64,000 nucleotides of DNA from Clostridiales bacterium (GTDB lineage Bacteria; Bacillota; Clostridia; Christensenellales; UBA1242), in assembly GCA_918262735.1 (NCBI GenBank), contig CAKJYJ010000005.1, positions 6,541 to 70,540 of the forward strand, given 5' to 3'. Below are positions 10,201 to 20,000 of the stretch, in pieces. Numbering within the stretch: the first letter of the stretch is position 1; every line of letters begins with the position of its first letter. Below the pieces are notes generated by a model, which saw only the letters and a program-made list of their open reading frames with translations, was not told where the DNA came from and searched no databases. Made by a program: the position numbers and the translations under genes.

Positions 10201-10946
10201 AAACTCTCAATGGAATCGGCATCAAAATTGCTTGGATTATCTAAATCTTGTGAATACATTGTTACTGACAATTTGCTTAAATCAATTTGATTAACAATTT
10301 TAACTCTTAATTCTGCTGTTATTAGGGTATCAAACAAACTTGTTGCAACAATGATTACCTCATTAATATCATTTAACACAGATAACTCTTCATCAACATA
10401 AAGAGTGTCAGACAACCATGATATACCCATGCCCGAAAGTTCCTCTTCATTTTTAAGAGAAAAAGCAAGTGCGGTCTGTGAAGTGTCTTGTGGGTTAAAA
10501 TTAAAATCTGCCACACTAATTTTTATACTCTCACCTCTTTTAACAAAAACGTCAGATCTTGCCGTTAAACTTTGAATTGTTTCAGAAATATAAACAGGAA
10601 TTTCAATTTTTGTATCTGTCCCCCTAATTGTTATGGTTAAATTTGTTGTTCCTGTCATCTTTGGTGCAATTTTTAATGTGTATTTACCTGCACCGATGTA
10701 GGTTAAAGAATTATCAACAACCACAGCCAAACGCTCTTCAAAACGGAAATCAAAACTAATATTACTATCTTCTTGCATTTCATTTACGGTAATTGTGTAT
10801 TCTTGGTTTTCTTCCGCCATTGTTAAATTTATGGTTGGACTACTAAAAGAAAGCGTGAGAGAACCACCCGCCGAGTCACAACCGGCAAGTATTGCTCCCA
10901 ATATGAATATTAAACTAAATGTTACTACGCTAAAAAACTTTTTCAT
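1242..10946 (-). CDS. Giant surface lipoprotein 1 (3,234 aa): Ig-like beta-sandwich region plus about 3 GLUG-type beta-helix modules
   Basis: The ORF is 9.7 kb without a stop in AT-rich DNA. The signal peptide MKKFFSVVTFSLIFILGAILAGC has lipobox LAGC with Cys23. An RBS GGCGGGAGAG lies upstream. Reiterated GLUG-like coils include YVGGVCGINAGEGRIKNLF, LGGVVGKNGS, GGFVANNNGQISSCYV, TGGFVCNNSGKISMCYIEG, AGFVYQNDGIITDSYSN and AGFVGINNNSISRVYS. Module entries include DCGGEEIKLQNFNGTLRGTF (~7950), MPINSYEKL...MLDGNGYSIIITGN (~4345) and GSQYNPYLISTAVEFEDY...FEGNNFNISNY (~2900). Confidence 0.9.
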   Translation of the reverse strand: MKKFFSVVTFSLIFILGAILAGCDSAGGSLTLSFSSPTINLTMAEENQEYTITVNEMQEDSNISFDFRFEERLAVVVDNSLTYIGAGKYTLKIAPKMTGTTNLTITIRGTDTKIEIPVYISETIQSLTARSDVFVKRGESIKISVADFNFNPQDTSQTALAFSLKNEEELSGMGISWLSDTLYVDEELSVLNDINEVIIVATSLFDTLITAELRVKIVNQIDLSKLSVTMYSQDLDNPSNFDADSIESLYPFEEEGISKIELTLNDNTNFQKLVSVGYEFESERAFYKIDAYADEGLTGEIANGAPIVGREEEFSFIVQANSITQPDSPFYLTFKIYQADFISNYEVVKIPVYVNILPKELRINGQSNIDTVELYDNSQEIFNFRFALFPSVEGAYNGQDYHYSIETYSAVITSGEEPTYMERSTFLEYVEVYYGNKSLYDYTAIDLLTLDSLNEILRVKSIMAYENYLVLTISCLDNSNNVICSNNIYFKVYKGTTTFTINPTYEDSTIYIPMSRGTEKTVRFFSGFMTDENSTVGRLNITGLSLNGSVCDVEQDFSSPAYYQTPMLKITANKVGRTEFRLETQTGLRTFLTVVVVREITIEDFQLQIAEDSGNNVSEFTVDPELNNSVNSIVFKGIGSKVKLNEKILNYRDADEMSFGLTVQSRDEDYFVVDDGVITAKNFTEDDEDVTIEVVLTIYKANSAFSLDVLTTKHYDIAVKCIDYIKILQITTSHDELVDDILDNTRKVKHLSVYNKNDLSYMNQNLSEAFIYLDATLSGSVVHNMGELSSSNLAITIDNWRIPATDFGHMNDDGKYPVGTLGYFELGGEDDVYIAKFVCDITGIRIIDTFSISLRLTDKTGSSYVSEITINIDNYIDVDNLYMVNGRTDIYLDNTEEYNEVNLSFYVMPTDAMMQDIRVFIEYKTGSNCLLCTQNGNNLTFTYISGGSGIIRIFPVSKMKSSNVKDNYGNYYYHIALPFVCADGQTEQSALKISDYRGIVSMLADRHYYIDRNIDCGGEEIKLQNFNGTLRGTFLSELDEDFGSAVQIGSISNFKVVNSGRQNSGMFETIGSEAKIYNLAISGMFDSEESWVIETLEADIGLLCGVNYGLIRDVTVSLYGEQTSPLEINSESLNAVPVYIGLVAGKNVADIQITDKLINSTLLIDMNNKFTVIQSGSTNLYVGGVCGINAGEGRIKNLFSSATLVSVGLFGINVNASIESNATYLGGVVGKNGSTDGDVALISNIKAVGTVVNSSASAESFVGGFLGDYSYGQVENNISRVYVRGSGNVCGFVGSVSELADITNVMYNKVQATDNGTRKGIDISLIVRYGDTYEKLYAFATRNFDESNKVESYVTRTLRNDSNLRVDPNLNIDFYYGDFAVILYDDGGDFYTTVYGGEFEKEAEERINGGSIISSIVLAVYKKAKNANDQVKIENSMHTLELLKLANISAKEITVETDNIGLANFTNYSSLLKFGGLGSFNLTIYSSLNYKNNASIKVYITTYFDDFRAYTDKNKVITTSNIQLINNKVKTLFVNAYSDIYNYQNTPVYLQNNTEITFEGYVYKDGILVDDIVEVRVAGQTLFLKSLVDSDEDLLIKIHPVLILEGSVLYGVYVEELGFYKFSANIAESYSVPYAISTVTGIDNIEIDKYNIAAEPTDTIQMSISYNLYSNDDIIQITPYINNEMYSIEDTVDPNLSYITDSNGYRLFKLIKLDSSVDGIKHFETYQIRMIVTSYNYRWLKDCALKLFVHSLKIFEGEYLTIDYTPETITSVLINNYNYEENLYMRNNLNKNQFIASEMINTSNFASSGEMNVLRTYIYTQLSEFEYVDITMNSGVSGGYLALAEKIIEDNKTYYNISYKVVYTSVDGVLTLRIYRADIINESIYDTETATAERTLDLAIIYSLPASINQGTYVPIDMYFYKTENGQPKLCYYKGITVIAKSTKKVEFELYGKDPEPSDTLGVNAVYSVAKGKNYAVVTNIVGFNKDEVFFNSSDANVASISDIGGVYYLNISNINIDYRENPYYEVLITSFGRKIENNVLTQSANFVVSLRVYEVLLDNENLFVDDNISLRLLSAVDIKEVISNKISMEYESDSLRQQFLNSFKELSTFYFDINGRRIEINDGLSDDGAINYLFKNGIFTPKAIFDSAPYEFEVKYDYIYKNGVPTCDLTNVESNSIYRIYTGSAVFNVRVYMNSSEKVPMPINSYEKLKLVEDDEYYRLVSDITIKGNEFETIKTTPRMLDGNGYSIIITGNTIGTNVENVNNFALFETIKSGSVFKNINIVVSNTHTTLTINNNYTMNANIGILCATNNGLITNCCVKGGGLLEVSVITSVTAMENTYFGAIAAVNNGYVTNSRVTASMSLNGGSLGGFVANNNGQISSCYVKEAKIMNKTSRANDNIVTGGFVCNNSGKISMCYIEGHISDKVYCYYNADSESTASKNIYSSLATAGFVYQNDGIITDSYSNIPIDSSSKCAGFVGINNNSISRVYSLSRMRVNDTLNYAFVISEGEKSSFEDCYFAIVDGVINYYTSETNYQKDVNSNVYTSRIPGVNPISLYDFSLVDKHGEVKNNGLFSNFLINKENGLLTDAVWFYVNDIPTLNDAGLTDQKMKNGQTYSAVCEGFDIYDFETERFEKTGFVAGRLQLVSPNIIANSRYSLNLDNNTTIEDGKYSYSSDDAKIAYGSQYNPYLISTAVEFEDYCNQGNMGILEYYRLICDIDYTQERVYNTKLYDRTLIAHFEGNNFNISNYSVNSSSSINSGGLLAGIGQTSTTVSVFKNITLKPYYVNLPNAIFVGALAGTLTNANVYNVNVEGQNVIVTGSNILGGVFGRTAGVTDVRNVFANVIVKSTQYGSVLIDNKEDVGGLAKNLSYNETTVNKTSVSYSGGIIGYVGGMADISVVAVGEDSRSYGVVAGLLFGGVGASACVHDIDVELNSFNNEIQAMAFGGIITGENRGTIQDITINSDILNKTLFKTNPICPIAIGGVAGLMNGGIIKNVSSEKGYDVIGASFTGVYANELINGFVTDSINNPYVVKYVGGIVGYYTYGYIETINIGHHDEEHEENCTGLIICGSNYVGVIVGYMDIAPGTSALSSSIISGDISINLTSHKKYINSNGTELDEFVYTSYVSEASVNMNNNFIFDNSLYFGLITSIVKSDETTFSNVTISGAATITISKKVYFYYADYSITEAKVFTFSKYTTQNTINNSINIISGGAYYDGKYEVKTINLQGLPIN

Positions 10947-10982
10947 AGTTCTCTCCCGCCTTATCTTTTATTGTTATGGTTA

Positions 10983-11005
10983 AAACCCTTGTTTTTCAAG
11001 GGCTT
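10983..11005 (-). terminator. Weak hairpin (possible attenuating terminator) between the two giant genes
   Basis: The minus-strand RNA AAGCCCUUG-AAAAA-CAAGGGUUU forms a 9-bp stem that includes one G.U pair. Only a short U-tract follows. It lies in the 81-nt spacer between the giant gene 2 stop (11028) and the giant gene 1 start (10946). Confidence 0.3.
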
Positions 11006-11027
11006 TAACTCAAAGTTTGTATTTTGT

Positions 11028-14000
11028 TTATTTGAAAGTATAGAATCTAACCGCAATGCTGTCGGTTCCGACCCACTCAATCGAACTACCATTTATGTAA
11101 ACATAATATAGCTCATTGTCACCACCGCCAGGAACAACTTGGTTATACTCATTAATAGTGTTGTTTTCAATTAAATAGGCAACCGTTATTAACTCATCGT
11201 CTCCCCAATAATAGTTTTCATCGGTATATCCATCTTTTTTCAACACATATTTACCTTGTATTACTCCACAATTATTTATTAAATTATTTTCGTATTGGTT
11301 ATATGTAACTCCCAGAGGTGTTTCAATATACTTTACATCTGAAAATTTAACCGCAGAATATTTTATGTTAACGTCTCCATTATTGTTTTCTGATAAAGTT
11401 GTGGCAAATGTATGATTTGTATTGTCATACGTAATGCGAATATCATACATTACACGGTCTGAAGAATTTGCACAAGTTAAAGATGAATCGCCATATATGT
11501 AATTCAATGTTAGTTTTGTTGGAATAACAAATTTAACACCAGGTATTGCAAATGACCCATTCTCACCGAGATCATAGTTATGTCCATTTTTTTCGTAAAC
11601 AACATTCAAACAGCTCATTTTGCTTGATATTGGAACAACTGGAACAAAACTGTCATATCTATTACCAATCACGTTATACATATTTGCTTTGTCGGCAGGG
11701 GTTTCTAATTGATATGAAAGCGTTGCTTTTAATCCATATTTTTTTATTGTGTCATTGTATTCATAAACACAGTCTTTTACATCATAATTATAAGTAGAGC
11801 CATGATCGGTTGAGGTAACTGTACGTAGGTTATAATTTGAAACAATCACGTATGTCTTTGCACCAATACTCTTGTAGTAAACATCAGTTCCAATATCGGT
11901 TATATCTTGTGAACTCTCTTGCTGGAATTGCTCTGAGAAGTATTTACCATTATATAACGATTTTGAAACATAATAGCCTTTGTACATAAATCCGTCATCG
12001 CCAATTGTATTAATTTCAATTGTGTTAGAGCCATCAACAATATCTAATTTTTTTGTCAAGCCGGCGTATATATTAACCCAATTTTCACTACTTCCAACAC
12101 TAACCCTATTAAATGTAGTACTCTCCATGTCCTCTAATGTTACTTTGGCAATTGTTCTTTCGTAATCTGCATTAACGCTTAATACATGTACACTCAATGC
12201 ATTTCCTGTAACATATTGCTTCCATATTCCGTTCGTTTCCTCATTTAGCGATAGGTATTCTTTTATTGCAATTGTTTTAGAGCTGTTATCATAGAATAAC
12301 TTCATAGACACTGGTTTTATAACAACTGATCTTGATGTCTTAACCACCGCTCCATTATGATTGCTATTTGGAATATCTTTTGTTTCTGAGAAAATAAGTC
12401 CTCCATTCATACCAAAATTCATGTCGATTATTTCCTCGTTAAAACTTTCTTGTTTATCAAACACTTTTGAATAAACAATATCGTTAGGGTTTAACTCTAA
12501 TTCAAAGTCATTAAATGCATCACCCGATTTACTAAGGCTTAGGAAAATTATTTTAACTAAGAATCTGCCATTACCATTATCTGCAATTGGATTTAATCTT
12601 GTTACCGTAATTCTATATTTTGTTTCGATACTTCCTTCATATTTTTCTTCTCTTATGTTGCTAACACTAACTTCATTATTATTAACGCTATAATCAGCAT
12701 CATACCATGAGTTACCATAATTTGAAACAAACGTTAAATCTGCCTCATAAATAGTTGCATAACCATTTGTATCATTTTCATATGAATAATAAGAATTAAT
12801 ATTAGACACAGAATACTGATTGTAACTGTCAAATGTATTTGTATACGTATTGCCATCAATTGTTATTTGTTCTTCTTTATGAGCACTAATCTTATTGTTG
12901 GTATAGGTATAGCCATAAGTGTCCAATGTTCTTTGATTGGTTGGTGGCGTTGCTGTGTAGATATATCCACCTATATTAGCATTACCCATTGTGAAACCAT
13001 ATGATTGAATTTGGCCTTTAATATATCCACTACTATTACCATTTCTTAAATCATTTGGTGGTTCAAAACCATACTCTGATTCTCCAGAGGCATAAATATC
13101 TTTAACACAAACAGAATATATTTTTGTTCCATCCGTATTTCCATCATAAAATTTATAACTGTTATCAAGATCAATCTTCTCGGCTCCAATCGTTGCAGAG
13201 TTATTAATTGCAGCAGAGTTATTAATTGCAACAGACCTTACAATAACATATATTGAACTCATGCCCAACCCTTCGTCTGCATTTCCGTGGCCGATATATT
13301 TTCCTGCATATGCTTTTGATGGAAGAACATAAACATTTGTATTTGAAACTTTATTGTATCCTGCAAGAATATAACCAGAAGCATAACCATTTGAGCCATA
13401 TATCTTTGCACCACTATACTCTAATGAATTAGCACTTGCTAAATTTGCACCAACAATTCCACCGGCAAATGCACTTTGTGTTCCATCTGCAACATCTGCT
13501 GAAATTGTGAGTGACTCTGAGAAGAACTGAACAATTGGCTGTGTTATTGTTGTTGTGCCCTTATTTAGACCAATCACTCCACCAACATAAACATCTGTTT
13601 CAAATGAAACCGCCATAAATTCTTCTAAATTAACGTGAGAATCGGTTATTTTTAAACTTCTGCTTGCCCCGGTGTTAAGGTTTGCACCAACAATTCCACC
13701 AACGCAGTTGATTGATGTTTGAAGTTTAATATCAATACCAGTGAAATCCACACTCTGCAAATCCGCATTTCCAGAACCAACAATTGAACCAATAACGCCA
13801 CCAAAAGAGCAGTTAACTCTGCTACCGCCAGTTCCCGCACTAATCAAATAGCCCTCTTGCCTAAATTCACCAATTGTTATGCCTTCATTTTTTATTTTGA
13901 CCTGTCCATTTGCGCACCCAACAAGGCCAGAAATGTTTACAAATCTGTTTACAACCTCGTTTGAAATTAATAAACTATCAATTTGAACATAACCATTTTG

Positions 14001-17000
14001 TTTGCGTTCGTTAACAGTTAACTTTCCACCAGCAACAACCTCGCCAACCAAAAGTCCAAAGTTGCTGTTATATTTATTTGAATCATCAAGTTCTGGCGTC
14101 AGCTTTTTGTGATAAGAAAGTTCAACATTACCCTTATAATTAAAACTATTAACAACAAGGTCTTTAGTTTTTCGAATAAGTCCATAATTGGTGTTGTTTG
14201 TTATGTTTAATTTCATTCCTCCAAATGCTGAAGCAAAATTGGTAAGTGTTATAGTACCATTATACCTGTCAAGCACATTGCCAGCAACTTCAATAACTGT
14301 GTTGTTTTTTGCGCTTATGATGATTGTTGAATGATTGTTAATATCACCCTCTCCATCAAACCATCCATCATACTTATTGTATTGCTCTAAACCACCATAT
14401 TGGGTGTTATTAATTGTGTAAGCAAGTTCTCTCCATGTTAATGGGTCGGTTAATAAGAATAAATATGGATGTTCTTTTGTTCCTACATTTTCAGCATTTT
14501 CATTAATTGGAACAAATATATCTGGATTTACAGTGTCTAACTCTCCATCGGACCAACCATTGCTCCACGCGCTAGAATTTCCAGTATAATTGTTCAATAA
14601 TGGTTTAGTATTATTAACATCAAACTCATTAGCAAGAGTTGCGTTATTTGCTGTGCCATATTTTATTGAATTACCATATTCATCACCATAGAAGAATGTT
14701 AATTTACTGTTGTTTTCATCTGATGTGTTTAATGTTAAAACTTTTAATCTTTCGCCAGTTTTAAGTGCTTCTGTGTTTATGGTAACATCTTTTGTTACCT
14801 TAAATTTACCGTTTTCTTCTTTATAATTGCGGGTATGTGATTCAATTGTTAAATTATTTGATTCTATACCTGGAGCAATACCATCATAGTATATGGCTTG
14901 TAAAACCTTGCCAGGACTTCCCACCCCACTTGCATCTTCAAAATACATTTTTGAGTAATCATCAACAAAGTTTAAATTTTCATCTGTAAACACACTATTA
15001 AACTCAATATGCTTTAGTGCTGTTGACACCGGATTGTCCATAAATGCATTCATGTTAAAATCTGTTGAATTATTAATATATCCAACATTATCATCATCCG
15101 CTTTAAATACCTTTTGAACAGTGTCTTTGTTGGCATCAGACCCAAACAAACCATAATATTTGTTAGAATTTCCAAGAACAGGACAATAATTTAAATGAGC
15201 GGTCTTTGCCTCTTGTGATTCCTTATAGGCTTGAATGCCACCATAAAGCGCTAAACATCCAGCAACAGCTATCATAGCCCAACCAACTGGATTATATGCA
15301 TTTGCAGCACCAATGAGTAGAGCCGACTTCGCCCCCACCATCGTAACGGCTGCATATATGCCAATTGCTGCCATGCCGATTGCACTAGCACCCCAACCTG
15401 TTGACTGTAAGCCATGCAAAAATGAGTTACTTTTTGTTGTTAAAATCATAACCGGTTTCCATGCCTTAAAACCACCAGTAATAACCCCGGTGTTTTTTAA
15501 TCTGGTTGAATTTTCTGAGTTAATATTGCTTTCGGTTAAATAGTTTGAAATAATACCCCCAGCATAAGCATTTGATGTTCCAAGTTCCAAAACATAAATA
15601 GATTCTAGTCTAGGACTATATTTATACCTGTTGTTTTTTCTAGTTCCACTCGTGTCAAATTCAAATATCCATCTTGCCTTGGCAGTAACGCCCGCGCCAT
15701 TGCTACAATCACTTATTTTTAATGAACCAGAACACGCGCCAACAATTCCGCCAACATGTGAACTGGTGCTTGCTGGAATGTTTAATTCCACAGAGTCAAC
15801 GCTCACACTGCCCAAGTCTTCACTTCCGCCAGCAATTGTTGATGATTCCACGGTGTAACAATTAGAAACCGTTCCTGAATCCGCCTCACCAACTATTCCG
15901 CCAACACAAACAACATCAGCAATAACATTAATATCAGCCTTATCAATAATTCCACAACCAGAAACCATTCCGTCAGTGGTGTTGTATCCAACAATTCCAC
16001 CAACGGTAACTTGTAAATTGTCCTTAGTTTCAACAATAATAACACTGCTCATTGTTGCATCAACTCTTTCCCATTTGTTGCCATTTTTTTGCCCTACTGT
16101 TCCCATGTTTTTACCAACAAATGTTCCAAATGTGTAGTTATTGGCTGCACCAGCGCCAGTTAATGATGTTAAACTAACTTTTGAATTAATAATAAGCCCC
16201 GCGTTTTGCCCTATTAAAGCAGAAACATATTGGTTCGCTGATGTTCCTCCAGTGTATTTTACTTCACCTGTTAAATTAACATTGTCTATTGTTCCATTGT
16301 TTATTTTAATTGGAACACCAGTGCCAATAACGTTAACATTATCAAAAGTTAAGTTCTTTAGTATTGCATCTGTTTTAATTGTTCCAATTAAGCAACTTCC
16401 TTCTGCCAATGTGACATTATAAACTGTTTTACCATCACCATTAATTTCTTCCGGTGTTGTGTTAATAAGTGTTGTCTCTGATGTTTGACACAATTTATAT
16501 GCCAACGTGTCTTCTGAGCCATTTTTTATGGTATATCCCAAAGCTCCATAACTATTTCTATTAACATTATCAACAACATAACCAAAGTTAAGGCTTCTTG
16601 AAATAACATATTTTCCATCATTTGCAACTTTTGAAAGTGCGGTTATTGTGTTAATAACGCCATACTCTCCAGCATTGCCAGTTTCTGAAACATAATAATA
16701 ATCCCAATTAGTTTTCTTACCGCTTTCAATAACTGTTTTTTGAGTTTTATTTAACATTGTTAAACGTTTTGTGTATGAAAGTTCTGCAAAAGGACCATCC
16801 GAAAGCGTTGGATAGTTGCTGTTATAATTTGCATCACATTTATAATATTTGTCTGTGTACTCTCCACATAGTGCCGTGGTGTTATGACTTAATATTGTTT
16901 CACAGGCATCCTTTTCATACAAACAACCCGTATTTGCATTGTGAGAAATTGTTGCAACGCCATTGCTATCATAGGCAGTGGCAAAAGTAGTGTAACAATT

Positions 17001-20000
17001 TATTACTTTTGCATTTCCACCATTATCGATTATAAACAAATCAATATTTCTTGTGACCTCTGTTAATGAGCCAATTTCAGCATACCCCATTGCATATGAA
17101 TATTCAACTGTCCCAGAGTTTTTAAAAATAAACCCAGATATTGAGCCAAAATTATTTTTTGAATATGTGCTAACAATATTCATATTTGAATATGAACCAA
17201 ACACATAGCCATTATTGGTGTAAATAAATCCAGCAACAATACTTGCATCAGTTTTAAGATAGCCATAGAACTGAGTTTTAACCGGATTGAAATTGGTTGC
17301 GTCTAAATCTTCATAGTCAACCAAAGTTTCCTCTGCACTGCAGGTGTAAACAACACCATCATTTGTGTTTGCAAAGCCCGCAAGAGAAACATTCTTATCT
17401 AGTTCGGTTTCGTCTGCATATATTCTTGATTTAACGCCCGAAACAAAACTTGTGCCATCAATTTTTTCAAATGGAACAAAATTTGTTGTTATTGATTGAC
17501 CATCTGCAAAGAAACCAATGTTAAATAGGCTTATTCTGTTTGCAAATGATTGACCTGCTGTTATGTCCTCAGAAAGATAGAAGTATGTTTTTCTACCATC
17601 GGATATTGTTCCTCTTAATTCTTGACAACCATTTTCAACTTCTGCACTGTAGCCATCACCTTCTGAGCTGTGAGAATTAATATTCATGCTGATGTCATAA
17701 ACATAAGGATTCAATTTGGTTCCTTCTTCAAATATTTGAGAGAAACCACCCAACCTGGTATTCAAACTACCAAATGCTGAATTTACTGCAGCGGTTTCAC
17801 TTACACATAGGTTAAGATTTGATGCATAGAACGTTTTAACAGCGCCATCGGGTCCGCAATTAATTTCTGATGTGTTATTTTCTTTTATTGCAATTGCATC
17901 AAACAAGTGTGCATTATTGTGTTTGCTGTATAGTGTTGCCAAACCAATTGAATTGGTTAAATTTAAGGTTGTGTTTACTTCAACCTGACCAACAACACCA
18001 CCAAAATATGATGTTGTCGTTGTTATTAAATCATATTTTATGGCACTAAGGCTACTTGTTGTGTTTTCTAATAATATGTCACCAAAAACATATGCAGAGT
18101 CCACATTAATACTATAATTTGCATTTGTTATGGCACCAAATAATCCACCAACATAGTAGGTTGTTTGGTTTGTTACTGCGGTTTTGTATTCAAATGATAT
18201 TGTGCCACCAAAGATTAGTTTTTTTGCTGACATATTTTCCCCTGGAGTTGCTGGCTTAATTTGACCAACAATTCCACCAATATACATTTTCGCACCGACG
18301 TCAGATTCTTGGGCTTGATTTATAATAATGTTGCCATTATATATCAACGCACCGCCAGCCGGAGTGTCTATTCCGTTGTCAGTAGAACTCATTTTTTCAG
18401 TATAGCCACAAGCACCGCCAACAAATGCGGATGTTGCACCTGCAGGAGAATCCACATATATTGTGTTATAATCATTTGAAGCTTTGCGCCCAAACACTAA
18501 TTCAATTCCAGAAGAATATTCAAAGCTATTGGCTCTTCCAACCATACCGCCAACGTGTATTGCATTATACACACCAATAACTGTTACATCACAACCGGTT
18601 GATGACCCAGCAAATGAATCGTAAACAACAATAACAGAGCTGCTTGCTTTTCCAACAAAGCCACCAACATTTAATACTTGATTTCCATTGTCGCACTTAA
18701 CATAAACCACTCCACTAGACACACTAGCATTTGATATTGTTGTTATATTCTCCACATGTCCACCAATAAGCCCAATGCTTGACTCTTGTGATGGAGTTTC
18801 ACTTTGTGGTAAGCTCACAATAACCTTTCCTTTAACAGAAGCGTTGTTAATATTTGTTGCACTGGCTTTTGATTCACCAAAAACCAAACCAATATTTGCT
18901 TCATTATTAACCGGTTTTATGTCTGATGTTGATGTGTCATTATTTCCTATATAACAACTAGAATTGATTGATATATTTCTAATATCAACAGTTCCACCAG
19001 TTTTACCACATGCAAACAATAATCCCGCATTTTTAACATTTTTATCGGCTATTGGTCCAATCTTTAAGTAACAGTTCTGAAACTCAATTGTTTGGAAAAT
19101 TGTGTTATCTGCTTGGAAAACAACGCCAGCAATATCATAGGTTCCAGCCACACTGCTACTTACCGAACTAAAATCACAATTTCTGTATATTAAGTCATGA
19201 ATAAATGTCCCGTTAATTGCCTCATTTGCAATTGGTGCTGAGAAATTTTCTAGATTTATACCACATATTTCTGCACCATTTAATGTTTTTACTAAAGGAA
19301 CAGATAATTTTGTAAGCGTAATAGAATCATTAAGACCCATGAGTGTACCCCTTAAAACTGGGTATGAAATCTTAATTCTACTACAATCTATATTATTAAC
19401 AATCACAAATTGTGAATCTGGGTTTCCACCGTATCTTCTAATTAAATCAAAATCATCAACCGTTGAAATTGTGAAAACATTAACAGATTCAACATATCTT
19501 ATTGCTGGATATAAACTATCAGTTTTCTTTATCCAGTTACTTGCTGAATACCAACCTGTTTGTTTGAAGGCTGTGTCAACCTGAGCACCACCATCAGAAC
19601 TAAGACCCGCATAGTTGTAGTAACTTGGTATCGTTACTGCATCAACTGAAAGGTTAGTGTTAATATCATCATTGTTAGTTTTAACGAACACTGGAATCGT
19701 CTTGTTTGTGCTATCATTAAACACAACTGTGATTCTGGTGCCATCAACATCATAAATTCCTTCGCCACTCCCTGGTTTCCAACCATTATATAGTGCAGAT
19801 ACGCTTGAATAGTTTATATTACTACCATTTGAGTATGCATTCCCCGATTCTTCAATGTGAACAGAATTATCAAACGCTATTTGAGCAATATGTTTACCAC
19901 TATCACTAACACTAATTGTTTCTTTGCTCCAAACATTTAATGATGCTACCTTTTTAATATCTAATACACTAAATTTGTTAAGGCCAATAACTCCGCCCAT

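Noticed and set aside
10947-11027. The idea that the two giants are one gene split by a frameshift or nonsense mutation (a pseudogene).
   Set aside because: The downstream ORF has its own RBS and a complete, canonical lipoprotein signal peptide. The upstream ORF ends in a distinct C-terminal region. The 81-nt spacer holds a hairpin and no residual coding signal.
11028-13250. The possibility that the variable-looking C-terminal tip is a target of a diversity-generating retroelement.
   Set aside because: The window has no reverse transcriptase gene. I could spot no template/variable repeat pair and no C-type-lectin-like terminal motif.
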